The notes: generated by a model from the letters alone, not told the origin. A stretch of 61,449 nucleotides of DNA, filler included, from Catajapyx aquilonaris (GCA_000934665.2; 3 parts of 3 records of this genome joined end to end with filler, not necessarily neighbours in it); one strand, 5' to 3'; positions 26,525-38,948 are shown, counted from the first letter of the whole stretch. Numbers and translations are program-made.

Positions 26525-26688
26525 CATGCATGCAGTACAACAAATATATTCAAAGTGGAATATCCACAGTAATGATATTGTACAATGCCATATTGTCACA
26601 ATTCATTTTAACAATGGGAAAAGAGTTCAAAACATTAAGCATAGGCCTACTCACCTTTTCTTCTCATCTTGAACCTTTCATTACTGGA

Positions 26689-27607
26689 CTAGTCTTCCTG
26701 TGAAGAGGATTCTGACTCGGTCAGCTCTCCACATGCAGCTCTGGCCAGCATCTGCAAGTCAGCGTACTCTTCCTTCTTATCCAAGGAGAGCTTGAGCTTC
26801 TTCATGACAGTCCGCTTCTTCCCTGCCTTTGATGGTGTTGGATCTTTGATCTTCGTGTTCCTCAGCTTACTTGTTTGTGCAGAAGTACCAGGTTCCTGGT
26901 AATCCCCCATTATCCCCACATGTCTCTCCAATTCTGCATCTTTCGGCTTCTGCTCCATCCCTCTTATCAAAGACTGTTTCAGTTTGGTCTCTTTCTCCTG
27001 GCACTCTCTTTTTTCTGCGTGAATCTCAATGTGGCACTCATGCTCGACCTTTTCAATCTCAAATTTACTAGCAGCATTTTTCAGATCAACCCGCCTCTGA
27101 CGCTTTTCGTCCGACTCCAATATCTGCACTCCTCGAGTAAAATCAGGATGAACCAAGTCCTTTAAATCTTTCCGCTTCCTTTCTAGCTTTTCCCTCTTGT
27201 CTTGTGCAATCCTATTTGGTCATACAGGATGATATAATTATATTCATATACTGTGGCACACCATTTCGTATAAAATGGACAAACAAACTTTGCCTTATGT
27301 ACAGATGCAAACGTACCTCTTCCTGACCTTCTTGAGCTCATCTTGCAACAAGTCATTGTCAACAATAACGGGTCTGTCGCTTTTTTCCTTCCCCTGCACC
27401 GCTTGGGGCTCTTCCTTCTGGTGCTTCTTTCCATACTTGGGACGTGCACCGCCTGAGGGTTGTGATCCGGCAGTCACACGAACTGGAATGAAAACGGCAT
27501 TCTTGAAAGTGGACCGGGTCCGGTACCGGTCCCGTTTACTCACCCGATTTGCTCTCACGAGATGAAGAACTGGAAGAAGCGTCCTTGCCTTGGTCCTTGC
27601 CCTCCAT
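26689..27607 (-). CDS. SUDS3: Sds3/BRMS1-family (SUDS3-like) Sin3-HDAC subunit, diverged; complement join(27544-27607, 27317-27482, 26689-27211), 250 aa
   Basis: Two GT-AG introns (61 and 105 bp) in phase; coiled coil QDKREKL..HPDF..EIEKVE..LKQSLI..GDYQE..TSKLR..DPTP..DLQML parallels recalled SUDS3 QDKLASL..ETEQVE..LKENLI..GDSME..TRKLR..DPVP..DLRTL. Confidence 0.78.
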
Positions 27608-28144
27608 TTTGTTTGACAGTTAGGGAAAGAGAGAAAAAAAAATCCAAAAATGAACAAGCTACTCTGCTATTGTCTATAGCAGCGAGTTTGGTCACTGCAG
27701 CTGTAGCTGTTATTATTCCAAATTGCTGATCACGTTGCTGATTAATCATCGGCAATCAGAAAATACGATGCAGGCAAATCAGAGCAGGTGCTCAGGCAAT
27801 GGCACACTCACGTACCTCGCACCTCACGTACTTTCCGCCTTTTCCACAGCTGTACATACCTAATGCTACAATGATGCATAATTGTGAAGTTTCAGCTACT
27901 ACAGGGTGTAGTAGAGTAACGAGCGAGTTAATGGGTCAAGCGCGCAAGAAGGGGTGAGGAAAAATCGTATGTGGCGACAACCACGGTCAGTTTTATAAAA
28001 CAATTAGCAATAAGGCAGTAGACGATTTGTTTCATTTCGTCATGACGTCACATATTTTCTGTTTGAATTGAAAGGCGCGTGCCGTACGGGTTGCACTGAA
28101 CAAGGCGCTCTCATGATATCCGCGCAAAACAAACTGTTCGCAAC

Positions 28145-28252
28145 AAAAAAGCATCACAGGAGCATCACAAGAGCATTAGAAGAGCATTAAAAATTGACGT
28201 TTTATGAGAGACTCACCAGTGATGCTTTTTTAATGTTTTGCGGTTTACAGTG
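28145..28252. mobile_element. EnSpm/CACTA-like terminal fragment (second copy at 36868-36965)
   Basis: AGCATCACAAGAGCATTA subrepeats ending TTTRCAGTG-TA; diverged direct copy at 36868-36965. Confidence 0.5.
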
Positions 28253-28383
28253 TAGACATCCACACCCACAATACATATGATTGTGCGTTATGGCCACATT
28301 TTGGGATCTTTACTTTATGTTGGAAAATATCTTTGATTTGTTTCCTATTTATTTATTTATTTATGTATTTATTTATTTATTTA

Positions 28384-28412
28384 CTAGCAGAAGTACCCGT
28401 TCTTCGCACGGG
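28384..28412 (-). mobile_element. Helitron-type 3' terminus (hairpin plus CTAG)
   Basis: Minus strand reads CCCGT-GCGAAGA-ACGGG-TACTTCTG-CTAG-T. Confidence 0.6.
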
Positions 28413-29125
28413 GAAAAAAAGAGCGTGGATAATTACACCGAAATCTTCTTAGATCTCAAGCAATATTATAAATGCAAAACTGCTCATTCCCTTGCATATG
28501 TAGGCACTGGAAGGGTGTAAAATTTCTGGTTTGTTTGCGTAATAAAGAGCCACGCAACTATGGCTATGTGGTTATCAGAATACAAAAAGGTGGAACATAT
28601 GAGACAGAAACAAAGAGGAAAAAGAAGAGAGGAAAGACTGGTGTCTCTCAGTCTGTCTCCTATCCCAAAGACCTGTCCAACTTGGGCGGCCCTAGCAGCA
28701 GACGACACTACCGCCGGCATAGCTCTTCAGGATCATGGGAAAACGAAAGCCCACAACCACGGAAAGGTGGAGATACATTGGGGGGAGGGGACATAAAAAA
28801 TTTGGATAAAAAATTGGGGGAAGTGCAAAATTTGAAACCATTTATAGTCCTGCTTCTATGGTAATCACCAACAAAATTCTGTTGCCACAGGCAAACAAAT
28901 TTTATTTTTTTGCCTTACATACGTAGATTATCAAAATATGTTATTTCTTAATTAATTTATAGCAGCAAACCCGTGTGTAGTGTCTGTTACATATGTTAAC
29001 ATGGTGTCAGTCAACGTACACATAAGTGATCGAAAGCGGAGGGATAATTGGACAGTGTTATGAAATAACGGATCAACCCACAAAAATGTCAAAATTGAGC
29101 CAAGCCCAGGAACGTACACCTAAAG

Positions 29126-29343
29126 CAGAGGTTCTTAACCTTTTAGGGCCTCCGCACCCCTTTGCAGACAATATATTGGTCCTTGTCGCACCCCCTTTAC
29201 CAGGGGTCATTGATTACGTTCATAGTTAAACCAGTTATTAGCTCTTGGTTAGATTAAGTCCAGAGGTGCACCTTGCTCGCACCCCCCAGGGAAGCCACCT
29301 CGCACCCCCTGGAGGTGCGGGCACCCCAGGCTAAGAACCGCTG
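29126..29343. mobile_element. hAT MITE
   Basis: TIR CAGAGGTTCTTAACC / GGCTAAGAACCGCTG; perfect 8-bp TSD ACCTAAAG. Confidence 0.9.
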
Positions 29344-30023
29344 ACCTAAAGGATCCTACTTCATTCAGTTAAAATCACGCTGGTGAAATCTGCATAGCTA
29401 CTTCTACCATAAATGACCGAAAAGAACACTGAATTAATTTCACAGGTATGACCTTCAAAGCCCTTTTTCTCAAAACTGGTCTCGCGTGGGTTGACGCATT
29501 ATTGCATACCACCGTCCAATTATCAAAATAATACAGTAGGTACCCGTTTTACACACCTCCATTTTACGCCGTTCCACATTAACGCCGGTTTGAAAATGAC
29601 CTCATAAAATTTTTAAATTGAAAAATTGTGATAACGTGGAAATTATGATAGCTTGCTGGTTGTGAAGTGGCCAAGAAAGATTTCCCATGCGGGAAGTACA
29701 CGTTTTACGCCGCTCCATTTTACGCCGTTTCGCATTAACCCCGGTTTTAAAATTACATTTGAAAATTTTGTATCTGAATTTTAAAAAATATATACCGTAT
29801 TTGATGATAACACAATCTGAACATGAAGGCATCACTCACTTTATAGAGACAGAGACATTAAATAGGACGTTTTAAATCGTAGATTCAGTTATGCTGAAGT
29901 AAAAAAGGCGTATTTATTAGTATAATAGTGTGTATTGTACACAGCCTATACAGAGCATCTATGCCGTTCTTTTGGAGATTTGGACATGGTGTCACCCTAC
30001 ATGAAATAATTATGTTCAATATT

Positions 30024-30517
30024 ATCCCACCAAGAACCTTTCTGTAAAAAAAGGCCAAGTTCTCCTGACTGCTTGGCCGTCAAAAGTGGTGAGATCTGAA
30101 ATACGGCCAAGTTCAACGTCGTTGTCAATTACTGGCATTCTCAACTTCTTCAACCTAAACCACTAACTTTATTTTTCCATGTCGACCTTAGGTTTAATCA
30201 TCAAAAAATTTTAATGTAATTTCTCCTGATGTCACTTAGCCATTGCTCTTAAAACTTTGAAAGAGTTGTAGAATTCCACAATACCTCGGAATGAGCAATG
30301 GCCAAGTGACATCAGGAGAAATGACATTAAAATTTTTTGATGATTAAACCTAAGGTCGACATGGAAAAATAAAGTTAGTGGTTTAGGTTGAAGAAGTTGA
30401 GAATGCCAGTAACTGACAACGACGTTGAACTTGGCCGTATTTCAGATCTCACCACTTTTGACGGCCAAGCAGTCAGGAGAACTTGGCCTTTTTTTACAGA
30501 AAGGTTTTTGGTGGGAT
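30024..30517. repeat. Long inverted repeat (225-bp arms, 44-bp spacer)
   Basis: 30024-30248 is the reverse complement of 30293-30517 with only a few mismatches. Confidence 0.95.
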
Positions 30518-30655
30518 CTCACCTCTTTTTGTAGGGAGGACGAGTATAGGCTAATTATAATAAATCTCGGGGAGCCCCCTACGGCTGGGCGTGGGAGCAA
30601 TGGCCCGTTAAATATTCCAAATAAGGTAATGAATACTACGAAAGTGTGTGAAACT

Positions 30656-33600
30656 CTATCTTTTCCTCTGAATAGGTATGATTTTCTTCTGCCTTCTCAT
30701 AGTACGCTTCTTTTTTTTCTGTTCTGGTTGTGCGAATTGGACATCTGCTACACCTGATCGCATAGCCCATTCGCGATCCTTAACCACTTCTGTCGATGCC
30801 TTATTAGCCCTTTTGAGGATGGATAAGTCTGGTCGGTAAATAGATCTTAATCTATCGTACTCCAGAATAGCTGATTCTTGAGCCTTGATGTTAGTAAAGG
30901 AGGCATTGATGAGATGCACTCCGTTGAGACTTTTAACTCTGGAAAGAGCCACGTAGGCTTGACCGCACGAGAAGACAGAGGAACCAATATCGATGAGTGC
31001 ATTAGTGAGACTCAGGCCTTGGCTCTTGTGTATGGTAATGGCATACGCCACACAAATTGGGAATTGTTCCCTGTACACATAGGCTCTATCGATGACCTCG
31101 AATTTTGATTTCACTCTCACTAGGTCATGCACTAGGCCATTATTAAATTTTATAGCTAGACTTCTAGTCTTCCTAATGTCGTCCGGATCCCATCTCACTT
31201 GCACTACAGTCCCTATGGAACCATTAACCAGACCCAAACTGACATCAATGTTCCTCTTCAGCATTACCCTGACTCCTTCCTTTATAAGTAGGGTTGCTTC
31301 TAACCCAGCTGCCATAGAAGAGTCTTCCTGATGTGATTTTAGGGCTTCCCGGGCTCTTTTCGAGAGGAACCACGGACAATCGACAGTATCAGTTGCTATA
31401 AGTCTGATCTCGGGACGATGAATGGCTTTGAGCATGGCGTTGTTTAACTGGTCACACATGTTTCGAGTTGGCAGCAAGCAAACAGTGTCCTGTGGTAGTT
31501 TGGCTAGGCATTGACAGATTTCATGAAGTCTGCCCTCGTTGGAATCTGAATGCAGCGGAATCAATCTTTTGGAGAGAACTTGACGGTCCGTTTGTGTTGT
31601 GACGCCTACTCTGACTCTGTTTAAAATGTCGACAAAAGTGGAATCATTTTGCTGCCTCATGTTTAGAGTGAGCTCGTCATAGGTGAACAATTCCCTCAAT
31701 AGATTTGGGACACTTAGCGATCCTAGTAACTTGTTGACCTCTGAAGCAGACAGGGATTCGAAAGGAGAATTTTCTCTGACAGGGGGTAACTGCAAGAGAT
31801 CCCCTAGGACAAGAATGTTAATTTTTCCGAACCACCCATCCTCGTGGTCACTTGTGTCGAAGATTTCGGACAGTCGAAGATGGATGTAGGCCAACGTGAC
31901 GTTGGAAATCATGGACACCTCATCGATAATAAGTAGGACAACATCTTTCAAGTCAGACCTGAGAAGTTTGAGAACTTCGTCAGAAAGAGGCTTATATGTG
32001 GGCGTGCGCTTGTGTTCGACTGGCAACTGTAGCAATCTGTGGATGGTTAAACCATTGACATTGTACGCCGCGATGCCAGTGGGTGCACTCACTGCCACCT
32101 TTTTGTTCAAATGCAGCTGGACCCAAGCTTTGATAGTTTTTATTAAGAAACTCTTCCCTGTGCCGCCAGTGCCACTAACAAAGCAACGCAAAATGAGATT
32201 GCGAGTAGTATAATTTTCCATTGTTCTGCTGACCATGTCGAAGACCCTTTTCTGGTCAACGTTTAAATTTTGTATGAGCCCCTGAAGATCCTCGTAGGAT
32301 TTGAGTTGTTCCGCACAGTCCATCCGAAGGAAATCCTCCATGGCACTGACTGCTTCCAAGGGGTCGAACTGGATAGGATTGTCAGGACCATCACCTTCCT
32401 CCACATTATCATGACCTACTTCATTGAGCTCAGCCACTTTGGCCTGCACCTTTTCGAAAGCTAGCTGAAGATTGTTGAACAATTCTGTTCGAAGGTTTCC
32501 GTAATGAAGGCCATCCCTTAATTGATCCCTGGCGGAATGAAATGCTTCCGTGTAAGTTTGGAACCCCATTTTGAGTTCCTGGATGTCCCGCCATGGTTTG
32601 AACATCAAAAGGAGTGCGAAAAAGTACTTTTCTGGCACTTGTTCGACATCGTAATGGTAGTGGTTTATGAGGTATGGCCTGTCCCTCTTCTTGAGAAACT
32701 TTTCCCCCTCTTCTAGAACATAGAATTGGGCAGTTGTTGAAGCAGGTCGTATTGTTACGATATCGTAATCCTTCATAAAACTGTACAGATTAACAAGTTC
32801 CAAATCCTTAGGCCTGGCGGGGTAGTGGTTGTCGATCCAGGACTCATAGTAGATGTCTGTGGAGGTGGGATCGAGCATATTCATCTGGGCTCTGGATTTG
32901 ACCCTTCGGTTCCGGTGGATGTTGACATCCAGCCACCTAATTGTAGTGTGAGGATCGGTGCCATGTAACGGGATGCCCAAGAGAGTGTCACTGGCTTCCA
33001 GAGCCCCACATTCTCTGTTCCCCAAAACCCGGAGGCCGATGTTGTACAACCGACTTCTCAAAGACTTAGTCGAGTTGATGTCATTGAAGGTGTCCATAGC
33101 GTGCGTTTTCTCACTCTTTGTCGTGTACTTAGTAACATAGTGGTTAAGAATGGCCGACTTTTCTCCCACGTATTGAATGTCAATATTGCCATTCCAAGCA
33201 AGCAATACCGTAGGATTGTAGTCATTGATCATCTGGGAATCCTTGTTTCGCACAATGCTGTAGAACCGACCGTTTGAAGAGAGAGTCTTTCTTGCAGCAA
33301 TGGATTCCACAAAATCCCTGATAATGATTTGATCAGTGACTGGTCGCGGGAAACCAAACCTGCAGACTGACACAAAACTCTTATTAGTCTTTTTCTTCCT
33401 CATGCAGTAGTTATTGTGCCTGTGCGTTTGGTATGACACTACCCGTTGGTGAAGAGTAGGAGAAAGGTTATTTTGTGGAATTGCGCACGTGACATACTTG
33501 GAAATGAAGGACGCTACCTCTTCTGTAGAGGATTCGTGAAGAATGGGAGCATCCTTGACCCACAAGATCAAATGGAAGTGTTGGGCACCTCTGGACTGAT

Positions 33601-33940
33601 ATTCTCGCCTCCAAAAGTAATGTTCGACCTTACCAAGGGGCTCATCCGTGGAAGTGAGGAAATCCAACACAGCACGAAACTTATTGTCTATGAAACGAGA
33701 AGTGGAGACAGGATCAAGGGCCACGAGCTCACTGGTACGCTTTTTAGCCATTTCAGGTCCGTTGACTTCCCTGATATATTCCCCCAAATCGTCCCACATC
33801 CACTCTGAGGGGCTCATAGTGAGGAACCAAGTGGCTGGACCATAATGATGTGTCATGCAGTTAACGTCATTCCTGGGCTTCCGCCAAAACTGTTCGGTGT
33901 TTCTCAACCTGCTGAATATAGCCGTCAAGTCACCTTCCAA
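30656..33940 (-). CDS. Helitron Rep (HUH) plus PIF1 helicase ORF, 1094 aa (C-terminal part of the frameshifted gene)
   Basis: Uninterrupted ORF carrying all the Rep and SF1B helicase motifs. Confidence 0.85.
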   Translation of the reverse strand: MEGDLTAIFSRLRNTEQFWRKPRNDVNCMTHHYGPATWFLTMSPSEWMWDDLGEYIREVNGPEMAKKRTSELVALDPVSTSRFIDNKFRAVLDFLTSTDEPLGKVEHYFWRREYQSRGAQHFHLILWVKDAPILHESSTEEVASFISKYVTCAIPQNNLSPTLHQRVVSYQTHRHNNYCMRKKKTNKSFVSVCRFGFPRPVTDQIIIRDFVESIAARKTLSSNGRFYSIVRNKDSQMINDYNPTVLLAWNGNIDIQYVGEKSAILNHYVTKYTTKSEKTHAMDTFNDINSTKSLRSRLYNIGLRVLGNRECGALEASDTLLGIPLHGTDPHTTIRWLDVNIHRNRRVKSRAQMNMLDPTSTDIYYESWIDNHYPARPKDLELVNLYSFMKDYDIVTIRPASTTAQFYVLEEGEKFLKKRDRPYLINHYHYDVEQVPEKYFFALLLMFKPWRDIQELKMGFQTYTEAFHSARDQLRDGLHYGNLRTELFNNLQLAFEKVQAKVAELNEVGHDNVEEGDGPDNPIQFDPLEAVSAMEDFLRMDCAEQLKSYEDLQGLIQNLNVDQKRVFDMVSRTMENYTTRNLILRCFVSGTGGTGKSFLIKTIKAWVQLHLNKKVAVSAPTGIAAYNVNGLTIHRLLQLPVEHKRTPTYKPLSDEVLKLLRSDLKDVVLLIIDEVSMISNVTLAYIHLRLSEIFDTSDHEDGWFGKINILVLGDLLQLPPVRENSPFESLSASEVNKLLGSLSVPNLLRELFTYDELTLNMRQQNDSTFVDILNRVRVGVTTQTDRQVLSKRLIPLHSDSNEGRLHEICQCLAKLPQDTVCLLPTRNMCDQLNNAMLKAIHRPEIRLIATDTVDCPWFLSKRAREALKSHQEDSSMAAGLEATLLIKEGVRVMLKRNIDVSLGLVNGSIGTVVQVRWDPDDIRKTRSLAIKFNNGLVHDLVRVKSKFEVIDRAYVYREQFPICVAYAITIHKSQGLSLTNALIDIGSSVFSCGQAYVALSRVKSLNGVHLINASFTNIKAQESAILEYDRLRSIYRPDLSILKRANKASTEVVKDREWAMRSGVADVQFAQPEQKKKKRTMRRQKKIIPIQRKR

Positions 33941-35869
33941 CTCGTCTTACTGAGCATCTGGAGATACCGCTGGGCCGTCATTCTTTCTTTTTGGTTAAAG
34001 GTGTTCATTTTATAAAATATCCCAGAATTAAGCTGGCGCAGGTTGGCGTCGTTGAGCAAAAAAAATAAATATTGCTGGTCGAGTCGGAACTGTGGGTGTT
34101 TGGACATCAACCTGGCCTTAATAAATTCACTGGAAGTGAGTTTCTTTTCACGTGGGTGAAATTGACCGTACATCCCTTCAACGTAGAGATGGGGGAAACA
34201 CTTCACATCGAGAAATTCGTCCCTGGAATCTATTGGAACGCTGTTTACTTTGAGCATTTGGTATAGTTCCGAAGCAGGAGCATTCTGCCTTCGCTCGTGC
34301 AAAGGATAGATGGTGTATTGCTCGTAATGAGCATCTTTTTCCTTAGTGATTTGCGTTAATATGGCGCTTCCCTCTTCGGGGTCGGAGTCGGGAAGTACTT
34401 CTGTTGTGGCGACAACGTGCTGTAAGTCATCGCTGACGCCTTGAAGTAATTGATGAGGCTTATGAGGCAGTGCAATCTGGGAATAATGTAAATTGACTTG
34501 CTTAAGAAGTGCCAAGGCTTCATAGACTCTATTAACATCGACAATGTCTTCCCAGATAATTTTTGTCTTTGTAGGCGTACCGCGTACCACAATGTACAAC
34601 TCATGGTTGGCATTTATGGGATCTTGTGGTTTGGGTAGCTTTCTTAGCGTCTCAGCCAGGGGCAATGGGAGATGGAAGGTTCTGCCCTTCACTTTCTTGA
34701 CCATTTGCCGATTAGGTATGCGTTTGTTAGCTACTGGAACCATAGATGTAACGAATTGGAATGCTTTAGCACGCTGAATCAAAAGCCTCTCATAGTCGTT
34801 AAGCTGACTTATTGTCGACGGGATTTCTCCGACATATAGGTCGTTGAGTACGCAAGTAGGAGGCAGTTCATTAGCTCGGATTTTGTGAAGGCAGGAATGA
34901 CATATAAAAGGACTCTGAGTAATATTATTTGAATGGTGATAATGAAGAAGCCGAGCCCAGACATCCGTGGATATGGATTTTCTCAGCCGTCCTATGGTGG
35001 AAACATCTCTAGAAGAACAAAGTTTATGGCAAGAAATGCATTCAAGTCGGGGTGTGTCGAGATTTTTTTTGCTGAACAATTTAAATGCGGAAATGTGTTC
35101 ATCGATGATGTCATCCTCGATAATTTCACCCGCATCTTCCATTTCGACAGAGACACCTGCACTTGGTTTTTTTTGGCTGCTTCCCCAGGTCTTTCATCTT
35201 CTCGACGTCCCCATTTTCCAAGGCCTGATCCAATGACCTGACTGACTCGCATTCGCTCTGTATAAGGTACAAGCGTCGTACAATTGTCCTTAGTCGCGGG
35301 AAATGGGCTTTGAGAGAATTGACAAAGGTAATGCGATCATGTAGTTGCCTCGTTTCTGTCGACATCGAGAAAAGTTGTGCCGGTGTATTGCTCTCCAATT
35401 CGAGGAAAATGTCCTTCAATCTCAACAATGAAGGCTCATCTAGCGCACACAAAGAATGACAAGTCCATACCATACCTTTGTAATGTTTTTGAACATCAGC
35501 AAAGATGGCTGTACCACTCCCATCAATTTGAATAGGTGTGTCTTTAGATTCATGCACCTTGTAGGTCTGTTCCCAATGAAATGACTCCTGATTGTCCCGA
35601 TGCTCAGATTTTCCCAGTAATGCCTCATATCGCTCGGTAATGTTGGCGCCTGTAGGGCAGACTCTGAGTCTCTCTAGCCCCAGAGTAAGTATTCCTTTCA
35701 AACGCTCCACTGTTTTGCGGAGGTTCCCTAAGGTCAGTTGTCTACGGTGTAGAACCCACTTAATAAGTTTTTCGGCTTCCAACCGATCTCCTGTTATTTC
35801 TGAAGCCTTTCTGACAATTCTTTCGACATTACCTTTAAAGTGTAGTTTATTGTTTGACCTTTTCCTGCG

Positions 35870-36060
35870 CACAGCCTGACGGTTAACGTCTGGGTGTGAA
35901 GCAGTATAGCTGGCTACAGCCTGCCGGTGAACGTCCGGCTGTGAAGCAGTATAGCGCGCTACAGCCTGCCGGTGAACGTCAGGCTGTGAAGCAGTATAGC
36001 TCGCTACAGCCTGCCGGTGAACGTCCGGATGTGAAGCAGTATAGCGTGCTACTGCCTTTC
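35870..36060 (-). repeat. 45-bp coding minisatellite (ARYTASHPDVHRQAV, about 4 copies)
   Basis: Visible in both the DNA and the translation. Confidence 0.9.
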
Positions 36061-37670
36061 GGTGCTGTTCTGGGCGTTTTTGACGATAACGGGCTGAAGC
36101 TGCTTGGAGTTGTTGAGAACGTGAATTCTGTGACGTCTTAGGCCTGCCCCTTCTGTTCTTAAGTGGCCTACCCCTTTTCTTGACACTGTCGTCATTGCTA
36201 ACACTGTTTGTAAGACTAGGTTGACTTGGACAACCATGAGCACCAAGTACTGGTTCAGTAGAGGGATCGTTAAGAGGGACTAAAACATCATAATGACCGG
36301 ATAAACACATTTGGAAAGAGCATCATCGCATCGTTGATTAAATTAACGATGGCTACCAACTAAAATAAACTTATTAGTTACGATTTCAAATTCCATTGAA
36401 CTACTTATTAGCACTCACAACAAAATCAGTGTTTAAAGACTTAAAAACATGATGCACAGCAAATATAAATAAACTCAACCGTTTGCACATTATATTAAAA
36501 GCCTGGAAAAGAAAAAAAAATTACAGAGAGTACTAGCGTATACAATATACATGATATTCAATTGGCATACTATGCATATTAAGACCTCGGGAGAAGGATG
36601 ATCAAGGTCCACTTCAAGTGAAACTGAGATAATTTCGATTTCAAACTTTGAAGCCCCCATAACATTCCATTGTACTCGTACATCCCACGTTCGGGGCCTT
36701 CCATAGTGGACGATGATCATTACTCCACAACCCCGACCAAACTATCATATTCTACACGACAGATAACCCATCCTGATGTGGATCTTGTTAGTTATTTCCC
36801 CGAGGTCTTCAAATGAAGATGACCATTGACTTCGAATTAATAACCGTGTAAGGCAATTTGTGTTGCTAAAAAGCATCACAAGAGCATTATAAGATCATTA
36901 AAAATTGATGCTCCATATAGGAGACTCACCAATGATGCTCATTTAATGTTTTGAAATTTGCAGTGTACGCAAAGAAGTCTGTCAATTATTTCGAGCATGC
37001 AGGCTGACCTCCCGCTGTAACTGGCTCCCTGGTAAATTAATTGCAGGTCTCAGATTTGAGCTTTCCCAGATGGGATGCATCTGTAGAACTCATCCCAACC
37101 TTCTCAGAAGGGCTCATGCCAAAAGTGAAAGCGGTACAGTGTAGTTTTCCAAAAAGTCCCCCTATATTCTCTCCTCCTTTCCGCTTAGGTCTGGTCCTAA
37201 TGATGAATTGAATGAAATTACTCTTAATTTTCTAATTTTAGAGTACAAGTTCTCCAGTCTATAGGTTCGTATGTTTTTTTTGTCATTCATTAAAAAAACA
37301 GCAAGTCGCATGGGGCCCCTAAACTCCTGGGGCCCCCGGGCAACTGCCCATCTAGCCCATACGGTAAGACGGCACTGGAATGCACGGAGCCTTGAGTCAT
37401 CCAAGCACTATGCCTGGATGACTCAAGCCTCCGTGCTGGAATGTGCCATGAATACTCTATTAGCAACAATGTTATTCTTAGTCGACATCATCTGGCCTTC
37501 TGTAAATTGCCTTTGATTTCGCAGGAATGGTGTCATTTGGATTTTGCAATTTATGTTCCGTAGATCAGCTTCGGTGCGTGCGTCCCTGGTCACTCCAAAA
37601 AAAATATTGACATGATGATCGGCCCCGGAGCCAAACCACCAGACGCGGACAAGCAAAGCCAGGATATATA

Positions 37671-38094
37671 CAGGGTGTATCTGAACTCAGAGCCCCGACG
37701 TATATGACTGCCTTCCTAGCCACCAGAGGATCGATTTAAGTATAGGAGTCATTATGTTTGGCCGCCTCATTACGGAGATAATTGGCCGCAAACATGTAGT
37801 ACAAAATATCCTGTCGGTTAGGCCACCCATCGAACCCTCCCCCAGTCAGAAGGCTCTGGAAGGTCTGGGGGCCGGACTTTGTTGGTTTGTTGCCCACAGG
37901 TGGTAAGGCCTCTTTGGCTAGTTACACCAGAAAATTCTATTTAAAAGTCAGAAGGAGCGATTAGGCAAAAATCGCTAAAGAGTGTATCTCCGTAATGCGG
38001 CGGCCAAACATAATGATTCCTATACTTAAATCGATCCTCTGGTGGCTAGGAAGGCAGTCATATACGTCGGGGCACTGAGTTCAGATACACCCTG
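37671..38094. mobile_element. Tc1/mariner-type MITE with TIRs of about 110 bp
   Basis: TA-CAGGGTGTATCTGAACTCAG ... CTGAGTTCAGATACACCCTG-TA. Confidence 0.92.
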
Positions 38095-38948
38095 TATAGT
38101 AATGAGAAACTCGCACTCACGAAATCACTCCGGGGGCAGTCCGCCACGGGGCCAATTGAGTTTTGGAACCCGAGGGCGGGAACCTCCTCACTACAAAAAA
38201 AAAATCTCAATAAGATCTGCCCCGGGGCCAGACCACCAGACGCGGGCAAGCAGAGGCCATTTAACATGGGCAGGGATAGGAAAGTCCCGCCTCTTGCTAG
38301 CATTTTGCCGCCATCTTGATGGGCAGGCCAAAATTGGCCGCGAGAGGCGCGCATCTGGAAATTGGTCAATTGTGCTGTTCATAAATTACGCAAATAATTT
38401 TACATTTACTAAGTTACATTATTAAATAAATAAAATGTTATTTCTGGAAGGTAGGTTCAGATTGGGTAATTAATTCATGAGGACGTCACGTCTCACGTGA
38501 CGTGTTCGAACGCTCGCGCTTGGATCTGGATGAGAGAGTTGTCTGCTCGGCGGGGGGAAAGGATCCGGCCTGAAATCCTATCCAAGTCCTTTACGAGAAG
38601 AAATAGTGGTGTTCGGAATACGTGTACATCCGGGAAGTCAACTCCGGATTTGTAGTTGGATGCGCGCCGAAGTGGGGGGGCTGCCCTGAGAGAAGTAAGC
38701 TCACCATCTTTAGAACACTGGTTCAGGCCGGTTCAGGCACTTGGTATTTGAGTGGAAGTCTACCCTAATACATTTATTGGTTAAAACCATGTTGCACGGT
38801 ATGACTCAAACAATCACTGCCAGATGCATGACCAATTGTAAATCAAGAAAAAGATGTACTGCATTAACCAGTGATTACTGAACTAATGTTATTTTTTGGT
38901 GTTGTAGTTTGCTGTTAGCATCAACTCAACGTTGCTGTCTGTGCAAAG

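Larger units (their letters stand above)
30656..36310 (-). mobile_element. Helitron/Helentron-type Rep-PIF1 helicase gene, 5'-truncated, split by two frameshifts
   Basis: Three overlapping ORFs (35126-36310, 33925-35142, 30656-33940); HUH Rep motifs WFLTMSP, EYQSRGAQHFHLILW, YVTKYTTK; PIF1 motifs GTGGTGKS, IIDEVSM, GDLLQLPPV, AITIHKSQG, YVALSRV. Confidence 0.95.

Noticed and set aside
30878..36141. Many plus-strand ORFs over the Helitron
   Set aside because: Antisense shadows of the Rep-helicase frame with no motifs
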